DNA of 63,807 bases. It comes from Octopus bimaculoides (taxonomy: Eukaryota). The notes under the pieces were generated by a model, which saw nothing but the letters and a program-made list of their open reading frames with translations, was not told the origin of the DNA and did not search any database. The position numbers and the translations under genes are program-made. The DNA lies in the NCBI RefSeq assembly GCF_001194135.2, contig NC_068981.1:81738394-81802200 (forward strand), in the 5' to 3' direction. Of this stretch, positions 1-11,730 are shown one piece after another (the stretch's first letter is position 1; each line of letters starts with the position of its first letter).

Positions 1-251
1 GACACGCGAGATGTGGAAATATTGTTCACAAGATAACAAATGGCACTCTTCTTTTAATTTTGACTCTATATCTTCAGGAGGAGTTACCTCAATCCTTTCT
101 ATATTAATCAAAATGAAGTAGATTGACAAATTTATTTTTTGAACCAGTCGAAGACACGCGAGATGTGGAAATATTGTTCACAAGATAACAAATGACACTC
201 TTCGTTTAATTTTGGCTCTATATCTTCAGGAGGAGTTACCTCAATCCTTTC

Positions 252-252
<1 letters not shown>
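1..252. repeat. Tandem duplication with a 152-bp period
   Basis: gacacgcgagatgtggaaatattgttcacaagataacaaatg...ggagttacctcaatcctttctata occurs at 1-101 and again at 153-252. Confidence 0.85.
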
Positions 253-313
<61 letters not shown>

Positions 314-333
314 TAATAATAATAATAATAATA

Positions 334-534
334 TTCAGACAAATACATAACAAAAACACCAGGACAAGCAATTTTATATATCATAGAGAAAATAGCACTA
401 CAAAAAGTAGCACTACTAGGCACTAAACACATCCTACGTAAAACGCTTTCAATACAGCAAACCACAGCACATACCCAAGGCACACAGAACTGCACTCGAT
501 AGCGCAATGAAAGCACGTTATAAAAATAAGACGA

Positions 535-538
<4 letters not shown>
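334..538 (+). mobile_element. 3' fragment of an R4/Dong-like non-LTR retrotransposon embedded in (TAA)n
   Basis: Translates KYITKTPGQAILYIIEKIALQKVALLGTKHILRKTLSIQ, which carries the LLGTxxILRK C-terminal motif of REL-endonuclease elements. (AAT)n runs lie on both sides. Confidence 0.6.
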
Positions 539-569
<31 letters not shown>

Positions 570-669
570 NNNNNNNNNNNNNNNNNNNNNNNNNNNNNNN
601 NNNNNNNNNNNNNNNNNNNNNNNNNNNNNNNNNNNNNNNNNNNNNNNNNNNNNNNNNNNNNNNNNNNNN

Positions 670-984
670 TCTCTCTCTCGTTCCTCTCTCTCGCTCTTCT
701 CTCTCTCTCACGCTCCACTCTCTCTTGCTCCTCTCTCTCTCGCTCCTCTCTCTCTAACTCCTCTCTGGTGCTCATCTCTCTCTCTCTCGCTCTGTCTCTG
801 TCTCTCTCTCTCGCTCTATCTTTCTCTCTTTCTCTCTCGCATATTCACTCTCTCTCTCCCTCTTGCTCCACTATCTCTCACGCTCCTCTCTCTCTCTCTC
901 TCTCTGCTCTCTGTATCTTGTTCCTCTGACTCTCGCACGTTTCTCTCTCTCTCGCTCTTCTCTCTTTGTATCTCTATCTCTCTA

Positions 985-1020
<36 letters not shown>
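670..1020. repeat. (CT)n-rich microsatellite
   Basis: Seen directly. Confidence 0.95.
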
Positions 1021-1021
<1 letters not shown>

Positions 1022-1073
1022 TGTATGGATGTACTTACGTGCCTAAGTTAGTATGTAGAGTATACGTCTGTTA

Positions 1074-1460
1074 TTGAATACGTACACAAATATCAACACA
1101 AGGAATATTGGTGGAACATACCCGTCAAAACATCTGTCAGGTGTAAGCATAACATGCCGGATATTGTTGTTTCGAACAGACAAGAAAAGCCATGTACCCT
1201 GATGGAGGTTAGCTGTCCTGCTAATGCGAGTATCTCTTTGAAAATCAGAGAAAGAAGATAACTATGGATAACTGCTTCGAAACTTCCAGCTTCTATATCC
1301 GGAATACAAATTTATATTTATATCAATAACTAACTGTAAGTCTAGATAAGCTTGGCTTTTCAGAAAAAGTAATCAACCAACTGATTCGCACGTTGCAAAT
1401 ACAATCTGTAAGCGGAACAGTAAAAGTATGCAAGACGTTACTCAGGTTTAAAATGTGACA
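1074..1460 (+). mobile_element. Degenerate restriction-like endonuclease (PD-(D/E)xK) C-terminus of an R4/NeSL-type non-LTR element
   Basis: CKHNMPDIVVSNRQEKPCTLMEVSCP...KEDNYG*LLRNFQLLYPEYKF...LQIQSVSGTVKVCKTLLRF, with frameshifts. Confidence 0.65.
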
Positions 1461-1789
1461 TTGTTTTCGTTATCTACATTCCAAAGATGGAGCTTTGTAT
1501 CTTTGTAAAAAATCAACTCCTTCTTCAGAGGAAGAATTTAAATTATTAAATACAGATGAGGCATACATACATATATTCATACATACATACATAAATACAT
1601 ACATACATACAAATATACTGACAGACAAACAGGCAGATAGATAGACAAACAGACAGACAGACAAACAGACAGACAGGCTGATAGATAGCTAGATAAATAG
1701 ATAGACAGATAACTTAGAGATATTTCGGCCAAAGATTGGCCCAGAGTATGTTTAACTTAATAGCAACATTTAATCGGATCTGGTAAGTC

Positions 1790-3142
1790 ATGTTTTGGTC
1801 GGGTTTTATGTTACTATTGCCCATTCAAGTAAGGAGTTGTTGACTGAGATGTACCCAGGTATAGGTGGATTGTCTGTTATTCCTTGAAGAAATTTGTCCA
1901 GGTTTCATTTGAAGGTGATGGTATGTTTTTCTTCTTTGATTTGTTTTGGGATAATGTTAAAATAGAGCAGGACCTGTCGAAGGAAAAGAAATTGTGTTGT
2001 AATGAATTTATGTGCTGTGATCCTGAATAGTGTGGGAGGCATATACCACGTGGTCCCAGCCTTGGATAAATTCTGAATCTAATGTGAAGGTCTTATGCTG
2101 ATGATGTATTCTCCACATTGTGCAACTGATGTAGCACTGACAACAGTGTTGGAGTAAATAAAGTTTCTATGTTTTACAATGGTCCCAATAATCAAAATCA
2201 GCCATGCCCTTGATTTTTTAGTGAACTTTCTGGGGTGGCTCAATTCTTGCAACGTTTTGCTTTGTGTGGGAAGACCACAGGTGTAGCAGGATTCTAGGTG
2301 TAGCCCTAAAAAGGAAGAGAAGAGAGGAATGATGACATCTTGCTCTCTGACCAGAAAGTTCTGAGGATCCAGGAGCTCGTCCTGCGAACTATATCCACTT
2401 TATTATTGATGTGGATACTCCGGCTGTGATTGTTGTCAACAATCACTGTAAAGTCACTAAATGTTATTGTGAGTGGTTCCTCTGATTGAAGAGAATCTGT
2501 TTGGTTAAACGTAATCTTTTTTTTCCAAAATGCATCAGTTTAAATTTTCCCTCATTTAACAACATTTTGTTTTTGTCTGCCAGTTGGCTTACAGCATGCA
2601 GATCCGTCTGGAGTTCAGTTCGGCCTTGTTATCTATTGATAATCTTCAGGAGCTTGGTTTCAACTGCAAATATGTTTACTTTGCTGTGTTTGATGACGTT
2701 TGAAATGCCGTTTGTGTGTTGTGTTGGCACTCTGTCGCTCACGACGTCGACGGTTCCAGTTGATCCGATCAACGGAACAGCCTGCTCGTGAAATTAACGT
2801 GCAAATGGCTGAGTACTCCACAGACACGTGTACCTTAACGTAGTTCCCGGGGATATTCAGCGTGACACAGTGTAACAGAAACAGGAAGAAAGAGTGAGAG
2901 AAAGTTGTGGTGAAAGAGTACAGCAGGGTTCGCCACCATCTCCTGCCGGAGCCTCGTGGAGCTTTAGGTGTTTTTGCTCAATAAACACTCACAACGCCCG
3001 GTCTGGGAATCGAAACTGCGATCCTATGACCGCGAGTCCGCTGCCCTAACCACTGGGCCATTGCGCCTCCACTATGTCGTTTATATAGACGATAATCAGA
3101 AATGGGTCCAAAACAGTCCCCTGAGAGACACCACTGGTGATT
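1790..3142 (-). mobile_element. CR1/L2-group LINE remnant (RT domains to 3' end), split by a SINE
   Basis: SGVSQGTVLDPFLIIVYINDI / SNVIKHSKVNIFAVETKLL...LQTDLHAVSQLADKNKMLLNEGKFKLMHFG, with LDKFL...PGY...NSLLEWA further 3'. Confidence 0.75.
2714..3073 (-). mobile_element. tRNA-derived SINE (family C), full length, with a 9-bp TSD
   Basis: A box TGGCCCAGTGG and B box GTTTCGATTCC. Flanked by atgccgttt (2705-2713) and atgtcgttt (3074-3082). Homologous to 58800-59181. Confidence 0.9.
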
Positions 3143-3621
3143 NNNNNNNNNNNNNNNNNNNNNNNNNNNNNNNNNNNNNNNNNNNNNNNNNNNNNNNNNN
3201 NNNNNNNNNNNNNNNNNNNNNNNNNNNNNNNNNNNNNNNNNNNNNNNNNNNNNNNNNNNNNNNNNNNNNNNNNNNNNNNNNNNNNNNNNNNNNNNNNNNN
3301 NNNNNNNNNNNNNNNNNNNNNNNNNNNNNNNNNNNNNNNNNNNNNNNNNNNNNNNNNNNNNNNNNNNNNNNNNNNNNNNNNNNNNNNNNNNNNNNNNNNN
3401 NNNNNNNNNNNNNNNNNNNNNNNNNNNNNNNNNNNNNNNNNNNNNNNNNNNNNNNNNNNNNNNNNNNNNNNNNNNNNNNNNNNNNNNNNNNNNNNNNNNN
3501 NNNNNNNNNNNNNNNNNNNNNNNNNNNNNNNNNNNNNNNNNNNNNNNNNNNNNNNNNNNNNNNNNNNNNNNNNNNNNNNNNNNNNNNNNNNNNNNNNNNN
3601 NNNNNNNNNNNNNNNNNNNNN

Positions 3622-4715
3622 TACAGGGTGCGTAATGTATTTGAAGACATACCATTTTTGGGTCATTGCTGCATTCTGTATAATCTTTGTTTCAGAAAAT
3701 AATAATGGTAGACCCTCAGCTTACTCAAGAAATGAAGAGGCATGCTGTTATTGTGGATATAAAGGCTGAGCATAGCGATTTAGAAATATCTCAATTTTTA
3801 AAAGTTGCCAGATATTTCGTCTACAAAGTTTGTAAAGAGTTAGAGACTAAAGATGGAAACGTATCACCAGTAGCAAAGCATAAAAAGCATTCTGAACGCT
3901 CTGAAATCAGAACAGACAATTGATTACAATCCGGGAAAGTCCATGAGGTCAACTGCAAAAGATCTCCATGTGTCAGAAGGAACAATCAGAAATGTTGTCC
4001 ACGAAGACATCAGATATAAATTTTACATGATGAGGAAAGGTCAATTTGTCAGAAAAAGCAAAAGAAAATGACTACATCAGATCTTTGAAACAAACTGAAA
4101 AATCCAGCAGAAGAAGATTTGATTTGGTTTTTCTCAAATGAGAAAAACTTCGACCAAGATCAAAAAGTTAACAGAAGAAATGACAGATGGCTATGTGTAG
4201 ACCCTTCTGAACTTCCAAGTGTTATGCATACAAAATTTCCTACAACTGTGTCATAGTTTTAGGGGTTGTCAGCAATGAAGGACATGTGATGCCTCCCTAC
4301 TTCTTTCCACAAGGCCTTAGAGTTAACTCTGCTGCCTACATTGAGGTCCTGGAAATAATTAAGCCCTGGATAGACAGTGGATGCAATGGAAGGCCATATG
4401 TGTTTCAGTAAGACTCTGCACTATCACACATGGCTCCAGTAACGCAGGATTGGATGGCTGAAAATTTTCATGGTCACATAACCCCTAACATTTGGCCTCC
4501 TAATTCCCCAGATCTCAATCTATTGGACTATTATATGTGGAGTGTTGTTGAGAGAGAAGTCAATGAACATACCAATAACACCAAAGATTCTTTGAAAGCT
4601 GCCATAGTCAGAGTAATGTTCAAACTGAACCATGACCACTTGATTCAAGCATGTAAATGATTGAGGTATCATATAGAAGCAGTTGCTGAAGCTGAAGGTG
4701 GCTTTATTGAATAAC
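3622..4715 (+). mobile_element. Defective maT (DD37D) Tc1/mariner transposon
   Basis: Begins TA-CAGGGTG. Fragmented transposase FSNEKNF...FQ*DSALSH-(37 aa)-SPDLNLLDYYMW...EAEGGFIE*. No right TIR found. Confidence 0.8.
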
Positions 4716-4807
4716 ATTATAGAAAAGGTTTATTTTTTGTCCTCATAGCACTTTTAGATAAATAAAGTTATTCTGTAATTATATACCTGTTTTTTGTTTT
4801 TTTTTCC

Positions 4808-6189
4808 TAATTAAAACCAAAGTCCTAATAAGTAGGAAGGTAGGAAAACACAAACCTCTTCAGGTAGATGGCCCTGCTCAATCTGTAGAAAAGGCATAGG
4901 TAGAAACTTTATAAGATGTACTGAGTGCAAGCTATGACACATAAGCGGTGCAGCAATATCAAAGGAAGGTTAACTAGCAAGATAGTTTTTGTATGTGGCA
5001 GATGTTCAGGAGCAGTAAACACTGAAAATGTGCAGAAAACAACTTCTGCCACATTCCAGGGAGAAAAACTAGATGTAGTTGATAGCTTCCACTATCTAGG
5101 TGACCAAGTTAGTAGTGGGGGAGGGTGCGCTGAAAGTGTAGCTGCTAGAATAAGAATAGCCTGGGCAAAGTTCAGAGAGCTCTTACCTCTGCTGGTGACA
5201 AAGGGCCTCTCTCTCAGAGTAAAAGACAGACTGTATGACGCATGTGTACGAATAGACATGCTACATAGCAGTGAAACATGGNNNNNNNNNNNNNNNNNNA
5301 CATGGGCCGTGACTGCTGAGGACATGCGTAAGCTCAAAAGGAATGAAGCCAGTATGCTCCGATGGATGTGTAATGTCAGTGTGCATACTCGGCAGAGTGT
5401 AAGTACCTTGAGAGAAAAGTTAGACCTAAGAAGCATCAGTTGTGGTGTGCAAGAGAGACGATTGCGCTGGTACGGTCACGTGGCAAGAATGGATGAGGAT
5501 AGCTGTGTGAAAAAATGCCACACCCTAGCAGGTGAGGGAACCTGTGGAAGAGGCAGGCCAGGAAGACCTGGGATGAGGTGGTGAAGCATGACCTTCGAAC
5601 ATTAGGCCTCACCGAGGCAATGACTTCTGACTGAGACCTTTGGAAATATGCTGTGCATGAGAAGAACCAGCAAGCCAAGTGAGACCAAAATCCAAAGCCT
5701 CTGCCAGGGATGTAGCTAGCCCACTTATGCGTACCTTTCCTTCATTGGACACTAAACTCGGCTTGTGAAGACCTGTTGAGACAAGCGAAAGCGAAATTGT
5801 GATGGTACCTGTACCAGTGGAGTGCTAAGAGCACCAAGTGTGATCGTTACCAGCATCGCCTTCCTGGCACTTGTGCCAGTGGCACGTCAAAAGTCATTCG
5901 AGCGAGATTGTTGCCAGTGCCGCTGGACTGGCTCCTGTGCAGGTGGCACGTAAAATACACCATTTTGAGCGTGGCTGTTGCCAGTAGCACCTGACTGGCC
6001 TTTGTGCCGGTGGCATGTAAAAGCACCCACTACACTCTTGGAGTGGTTGGCGTTAGGAAGAGCATCCAGCTGTAGAAACTCTGCCAAATCAGATTGGAGC
6101 TTGGTGTAGCCATCGGGTTTCACCAGTCCTCAATCAAATCGTCCAACCCATGCTAGCATGGAAAGCGGACGTTAAACGATGATGATGAT
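4808..6189 (+). mobile_element. 5'-truncated RTE-clade LINE with a PHD-like finger, RT C-terminus, repetitive 3' UTR and (GAT)n tail
   Basis: FHYLGDQV...RIRIAWAKFRELLPLL...SETW...RRLRWYGHVARM...RGRP. Ends in atgatgatgat. Confidence 0.9.
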
Positions 6190-6429
6190 ATATATATATA
6201 TATATATATATGACAGATACATAAATACTTAACTACAGTGAAGTACGTTTGCAACATATAAGCTATTTTTCAGATTAAAATATAATGTACATCACATTCT
6301 TTGCCTTGAAATGTAGATCATCCAATCATAAACAGTGACTTTGCCATTTCAACCAGTTAAACTAATGTCAAACTGCAATGCATTAATCTTGGTTTCATAC
6401 AGTCTGTGTTAAGTTAAAATTTTCTGTGG

Positions 6430-7330
6430 GATTGTGGGTTTGAGTGGAGTAGTAATTATGTTTTAGGATGGGTTGTTATGGAGTGCTGTTTTGGAGAAAT
6501 CTTTATTGATTAAATTTGGAGATATGTTATTGTTTAAAATTTATTCATGTAAGTAGAACCTTGTAAGCAATTATGCATATTTATGTGTGTCCCTTTTGGT
6601 CAGTAGTTATAGGCTATGCCAATAGTCTTAGTTATTTTGATTTTATTGGATTAAATCCTTAGCTTTGACAATGTAAAGTTCAAAGGTACAAAGATCAGTA
6701 TTTAAAAACTTAGTAATTAGGCGTGCCAACTCTTTTTGTATATGAATTTTTTAGGGGTTCACACAAGAATGCAAGTAGCTGGCATGTTTTGGCTGGTCAG
6801 TTTCTTTACTTGTAGTTATTAAGGGTATTTTCTGTTTTTATTGGAAGATGGGGGTTATTAGTCAGATATGTCATTGTGTTGTTAGTATAGATATTCATCT
6901 TGTGCTTTGATGTTCACAAGATGTGGGTAGGTGTATGTTTCTCTCTAGGTGTTCATTGTTCTATAAGCAATCTGATTAATATGAAGAAATTTTAACCCAT
7001 GTGTTTTATGGAGGTAGAATTTGTGGGCTATGTGTTTATAAATATTTCTTCAATCCTGTTTCCAGTATGGGTATTTAATAATATAATATTTTAGGCATTT
7101 AAATATATGTGAAAGTGGGGCACTATGAAAGGTGTGTATATATTCGTGTATAAAAATAGGAAAGAGAAAAGAAAAGTCTGACGATGGGCTAACTGGCCAA
7201 AACTTCAAAGTCACTGTCAATAATATTATCTAAGAATTAGCATTATCCTGCGTTTGAGAATTTAAAATCACTTCTCTAACTTTTTAAGACATCTCAATGC
7301 TTCTAAAAGCAAACTTCATTTGTTTGTTTA
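6430..7330. mobile_element. Probable Penelope-like element remnant with a pLTR-like segment containing a hammerhead motif
   Basis: Strongly strand-skewed degenerate coding-like sequence on the minus strand with weak similarity to PLE C-termini. A CTGACGA...AAAC...GTC core sits at 7175-7215. Confidence 0.4.
7175..7215 (+). ncRNA. Degenerate minimal type I hammerhead ribozyme
   Basis: AGT-CTGACGA-T-GGGC-TAACT-GGCC-AAAAC-TT-CA-AA-GTC-ACT. Stems I, II and III pair around the core, but G12 is A and stem II has a G.G mismatch. Confidence 0.5.
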
Positions 7331-7445
7331 CGTTCATCGTAATTTGAATTTAAAATAAATTTATACTCTATAAAAGTACAGAGTGACCTATCAAATTAAT
7401 GTAAAATTGTTTTTATTATAACTGAACATGAAAACAAATATTAAA

Positions 7446-7481
<36 letters not shown>

Positions 7482-7788
7482 AGAGAAAAAATAAGTAGTA
7501 GTTACTTGCTGGTGTAAGCTGTTGTAACACTGGATGTTTTGCAGCATCAAGGGTGTGAGGACTGAGAAGATATCGATGTCTGCTTATGTCAACATAGGCA
7601 ACTAAAACAATAAGTAAAACGTGGTACATGCTATCAAATCAACTTGTTTGCCAGTAAGTTATAGTTTCTGTCTATGTATATTCTTTATTTGTAAGGAATA
7701 TAAATACCAACAGATAAAAAGTTGGTCTCCAGCTCTGAAACAAAGCTCTTTCACTGGAAGTGAGATAAAAATCAGCACTGTAATTATA

Positions 7789-9033
7789 CAGGGGTTGGAC
7801 AAAATAATGGAAACACCTAGCATCATAATTTTGAAATACCTATGAAATTGTCAGAAGCTTGTTTATTTTTATGTTTTTTTTATTTACTATTAGTGTTGCT
7901 TAATATGTTTTGCTAAAATTGCTGTTTCTTTTCAGATATCATATGAAAAAGGTAATTAAAATTCATTAAAATGACAGATTTATCAGACTTTCAAAGAGGT
8001 CAAATTGTTGGGGCTCGTGTGGCAGGCACTAGCATAATGAAAACAGATGAAATGTTTAGTGTATTCTCGAAAATAATGACAGCCTTCGAGAAAGTGCAAA
8101 AACCTCCTCGTCGAAAGAAGAAAACCAAAACTTTCAGATAAGAACTGTTGAACTCTTACACGAATTGTTAGAAAGGATCACAAAAGTACAGCTCCCAAAA
8201 TTACTGCAGAGCTTACTGACAACCTTGAGAACCCAGTTTCCACAAAAAATTTTGCCAGGAGCTGCACAAAGCTAGATTTCATGGGAGGGCTGCAACCAGA
8301 AAACTACTACTTTCAAAAACAAATGTTGCAAAGCATTTAGAGTGGAGTAAAAACCCACAGAATTGATTCCTAGAGTAGTGGAAGAATGTTATTTTCTCAG
8401 ACGAGTCATCCTTTACCCTATTTCCGACCACCGGCCGAGTATACATGTAGAAACAGCCAAAAGAAGCATTTGACCCAGACTGCCTTCTTCCAACTGTTAA
8501 ACATGGAGGAGGATCTGTGATGATCTGGGGAGCTATATCTTGGAAATCTGCCAGCCCAATGGTTTCCCTTCGTGGCAGAATTATTTATAGTAAAGACTAT
8601 TTAAGCATTTTATCTGATCAAATTCATCCTATGGTTGCGAAACTGTTTCCGGAGGGAAACGCAATCTTTCAGGATGATAATGCACCAATTCACACAGCTA
8701 AATTCGTTACTGAATGGCACAAGGAACATTCTAGTGAAGTTGAACATCTTATCTGGCCACAACAGTCCCCAGATCTCAATATTATTGAACATTTCTGGTG
8801 CATTTTAGAAAAACAAGTAAGGAGTCGATATCCTCCATCATCATTACTACAAGAACTGGAGACTGTTTTAGCTGAAGAATGGACAAAAATTCCTTAGGAA
8901 ACAATTCAAACTTTGTACAAGTCTATACCTCATAGAATTCAAGCTGTAATTACTGCCAAATGCAGTCCTATTCTATATTAAAATAAATTTGTTTGTAATT
9001 TTAGGGTGTTTCCATCATTTTATCCAACCCCTG
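7789..9033 (+). mobile_element. Tc1-type transposon, DD36E (Incomer-like), both TIRs present, transposase frameshifted
   Basis: About 30-bp TIRs CAGGGGTTGGA(C/T)AAAAT(A/G)ATGGAAACACC with TA on both sides. MTDLSDFQRGQIVGAR...FSDES...FQDDNAPIH-...-SPDLNIIE with 36 residues between the second D and the E. Confidence 0.9.
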
Positions 9034-9719
9034 TATATGTATAAAATCATGCGTATAAAACCTAGTAGATGTAGCCTTGTTTATCACTGATTCATTGATC
9101 ATTGATCCAGGATAACATAGTATGCTCAATTGTGAACAATGTTATGCTTATGGATTGAAAATTCTAGAAATTGCCAGATATAAAGGTGTTACGTTACAAG
9201 TCGGCAATCAAAGATTCTGCTTGTACTATAAAAATGTGCCCCAACAATCTGGAATGCACTTTCTATTACTTATGTTTACATGACTGTACTGTGAGATTGT
9301 GTACTGTTTATATGGATCTATATACACATACCTGTTAACACAAGACAGGTGAACAAACACAAAATACAAAGGCATCTGATCTTAACAACAGTGCAGATGA
9401 GTATATTCTCTACAGGGAAAGGTAGAGATGAGGAAGAAAATACACGATAGTAGAAACTTTGTAGCTGTGGGTGGCAAATCTACCATTTGCTCCATTTACA
9501 AAGTACTTGGAAAGGATTAATTTATCACTGTTCGGTTTTGGAACCTAACCTGTGATGAACAAAGATATATGTATTTAAAAATACATCAGCAAGGAAAAAA
9601 CAAAAACAAAGCAAAAAAAAACCAAAACGTATAGAATAAATGACAAATTAATGTTGCAATTGATCAAATAAACGAGAAGATTCTAGTGATTGCCAGGTAC
9701 GAAGTTGTTATTTCACTGT

Positions 9720-9725
9720 TTTATT
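9720..9725 (-). promoter_or_regulatory. Candidate polyadenylation signal AATAAA in the putative 3' UTR
   Basis: First AATAAA I found on the minus strand, about 160 nt after the stop. The sequence is AT-rich, so the match could be chance. Confidence 0.25.
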
Positions 9726-9883
9726 AGTGATTGGAATAAATGAATAGATGATAAATGATCATATAAATCAGCAGCAGTTTTTAATTGACCACCCTGAAGC
9801 TGGTGTTTCTTTCCAAATATCACTCCCATCTTGTGGATTCAGACTTTTCATGGTTGGTCACACTTATGGCTAGAGTCATGTTA

Positions 9884-9944
9884 TTATACAAATGAAGAAG
9901 AGTTCAGTGATGTATTGGAGCCCTTCCGTTGTAAACGTATGTTC
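9884..9944 (-). CDS. sowah: Terminal coding exon: (V)NIRLQRKGSNTSLNSSSFV*
   Basis: Acceptor atttttggcttttcAG. The phase-2 join completes GTG (Val), followed by 19 codons and tandem TAA TAA stops. Confidence 0.7.
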
Positions 9945-10869
9945 CTGAAAAGCCAAAAATATAAATGGATAAAACAAAAGAAAGATAAAATAAAATAAAA
10001 AGTAGTAATACCTTGTGGTTGGGATAGTTAGTTGTTGTCTAGCCCCAAGTTAGTCCTCTTCAAGCAGATCTATTGCTGAGAGTATTCCAGCTGTGATGAT
10101 TCTATCCTTATTTCAGATATTTTATAATCTCTAGAACTAACTATTACCCAGTGTGTCTGTTTTTTTTTTTTAATAAGAGTAAAATATGATTTAGAGATTT
10201 GATTGTTACACATATCAAGCAACAGTACAGAGATTCCTTTGTTAGTTGCAAATATTTAGTGAATATTCAAAGAGTTACATTTTCTTTGGATGCCTCCTGT
10301 CTACACATAGTGTCATACAAAATATATATCATTTTGTCAGAAAACAGGCATGTGCTCACCAAGTCAGTAATGATGACGTTTTGCAGTAGCAATAAGTGAT
10401 TGAATTAATATGACATAGGAATACTAAATGAAGGTTTTAATAGTGCATACACTATCATTATCACTCTTACTGAACAAGTCCAAGACATAATTCTCAATGC
10501 TCGTCCCCTTCCAATAACTAATCAAGTTGATACAAGGTAGCAAGAACGGATATACATTACCATGGGAAACTGAAAATACTGTTGTTAATATGTGAGTAGA
10601 TGTGCAAAGCAGTGAAAGCAAGAATACAAACTTTAGTTCAAGTATGTTTGAGAGATTAGGTGCTAACCCTCTCCCACCCCCTTTTCTTCTTCCTGTTGTC
10701 TTTTTAAGAGCAGAAATTTCTAGGAGTGGATTCCCAGTCCCCTTGCTCCTGCAGGGAATAAGGCAACTGCATTCTACTACTCCCACTCCCAGCTACAGGG
10801 GAGTTTGCTTGTTAATCCATAGCTGGGACCCTTACAGGTGCTACCACTCCAGGCTAGAGTAGACCCAGA

Positions 10870-11730
10870 GGTCGTTCCACACTCCTCAAACACTGAAACC
10901 AGGGCTCCAGGGTCCCACTACCGGATGTAGTTTAGAGACATACCCAGGAGAGATGGAATGGCCGGTAGGATGAATGTGAACATAAATGGTGAGATGTTAG
11001 AGGAGGTGAGTGTTTTTAAGTATCTGGGATCACATGTGACAGTAGATGGGGGGTGGGGTGGCTGAGGAAGTGGGATATAGAGCGAGGAAGGGAAGCTGTT
11101 GAAAGGTATGCTAAGAGATAAAAGGTTGAGTATGAAAGTGAAAAGAGGTGTATATGAGGGAATGATTGTGCTGACAATGTTATATGGTGCAGAAACATGG
11201 GGTTTGAGAGAGGTGGAAAGGAGGCGATTTAAAAGTGTTTGAGATGAGATGTTTAAGGGCTATGGTTGGTGTGACATGGATGGACAGGATGCAGAATGAG
11301 GAGGTATGAAGGCAAACAGGAATGAGAGAAAATCTAACCAGAATGGATAGACGAATGTTGAGGTGGTTTGGCCACATGGAGAGGATGGATAAGGAGTGGA
11401 TAGTAAGGAGGGTAATGAAGGCTGAAGTGGTAGGCAGCAGAATCAGAGGCAGACCTCGGTTTGTGTGGATGGATGAAGTGAGGAAAGCTTTGGTAATTAG
11501 AAGTGTTGGAGTGAGAGAGGCAAGAGAGTTTATGAATGATAGGAAAGCTTGGAGTGTTTGTGGACGGATGAATGAATTAATATTGCTCAAAGGAATACGG
11601 AATCAGCATGATGTGGCAGGAGTAGACCAGCATATGCTGTCGGGCCCCACTGCTGATATTGGGGATTGCATTCTATGCCTTGACCCGAGCATAGGATGGG
11701 GGTCACCTCTTGAGTTGGGAAATGAATAGA
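10870..11730 (+). mobile_element. Degenerate RTE-clade LINE 3' part (a second family), antisense in the last intron
   Basis: KYLGSHV...MLYGAETWGL...MLRWFGHMERM...RGRPRFVWMD. Confidence 0.8.

Noticed and set aside
2968-3769. Long ORFs of 180-244 aa in the track (likewise at 28952-29665, 42760-43713 and 50219-51373)
   Set aside because: They are open only because they run through N gaps translated as X.
8517-8897. Intact or domesticated transposase gene
   Set aside because: The upstream part of the transposase has frameshifts and stops; only the catalytic fragment is open.
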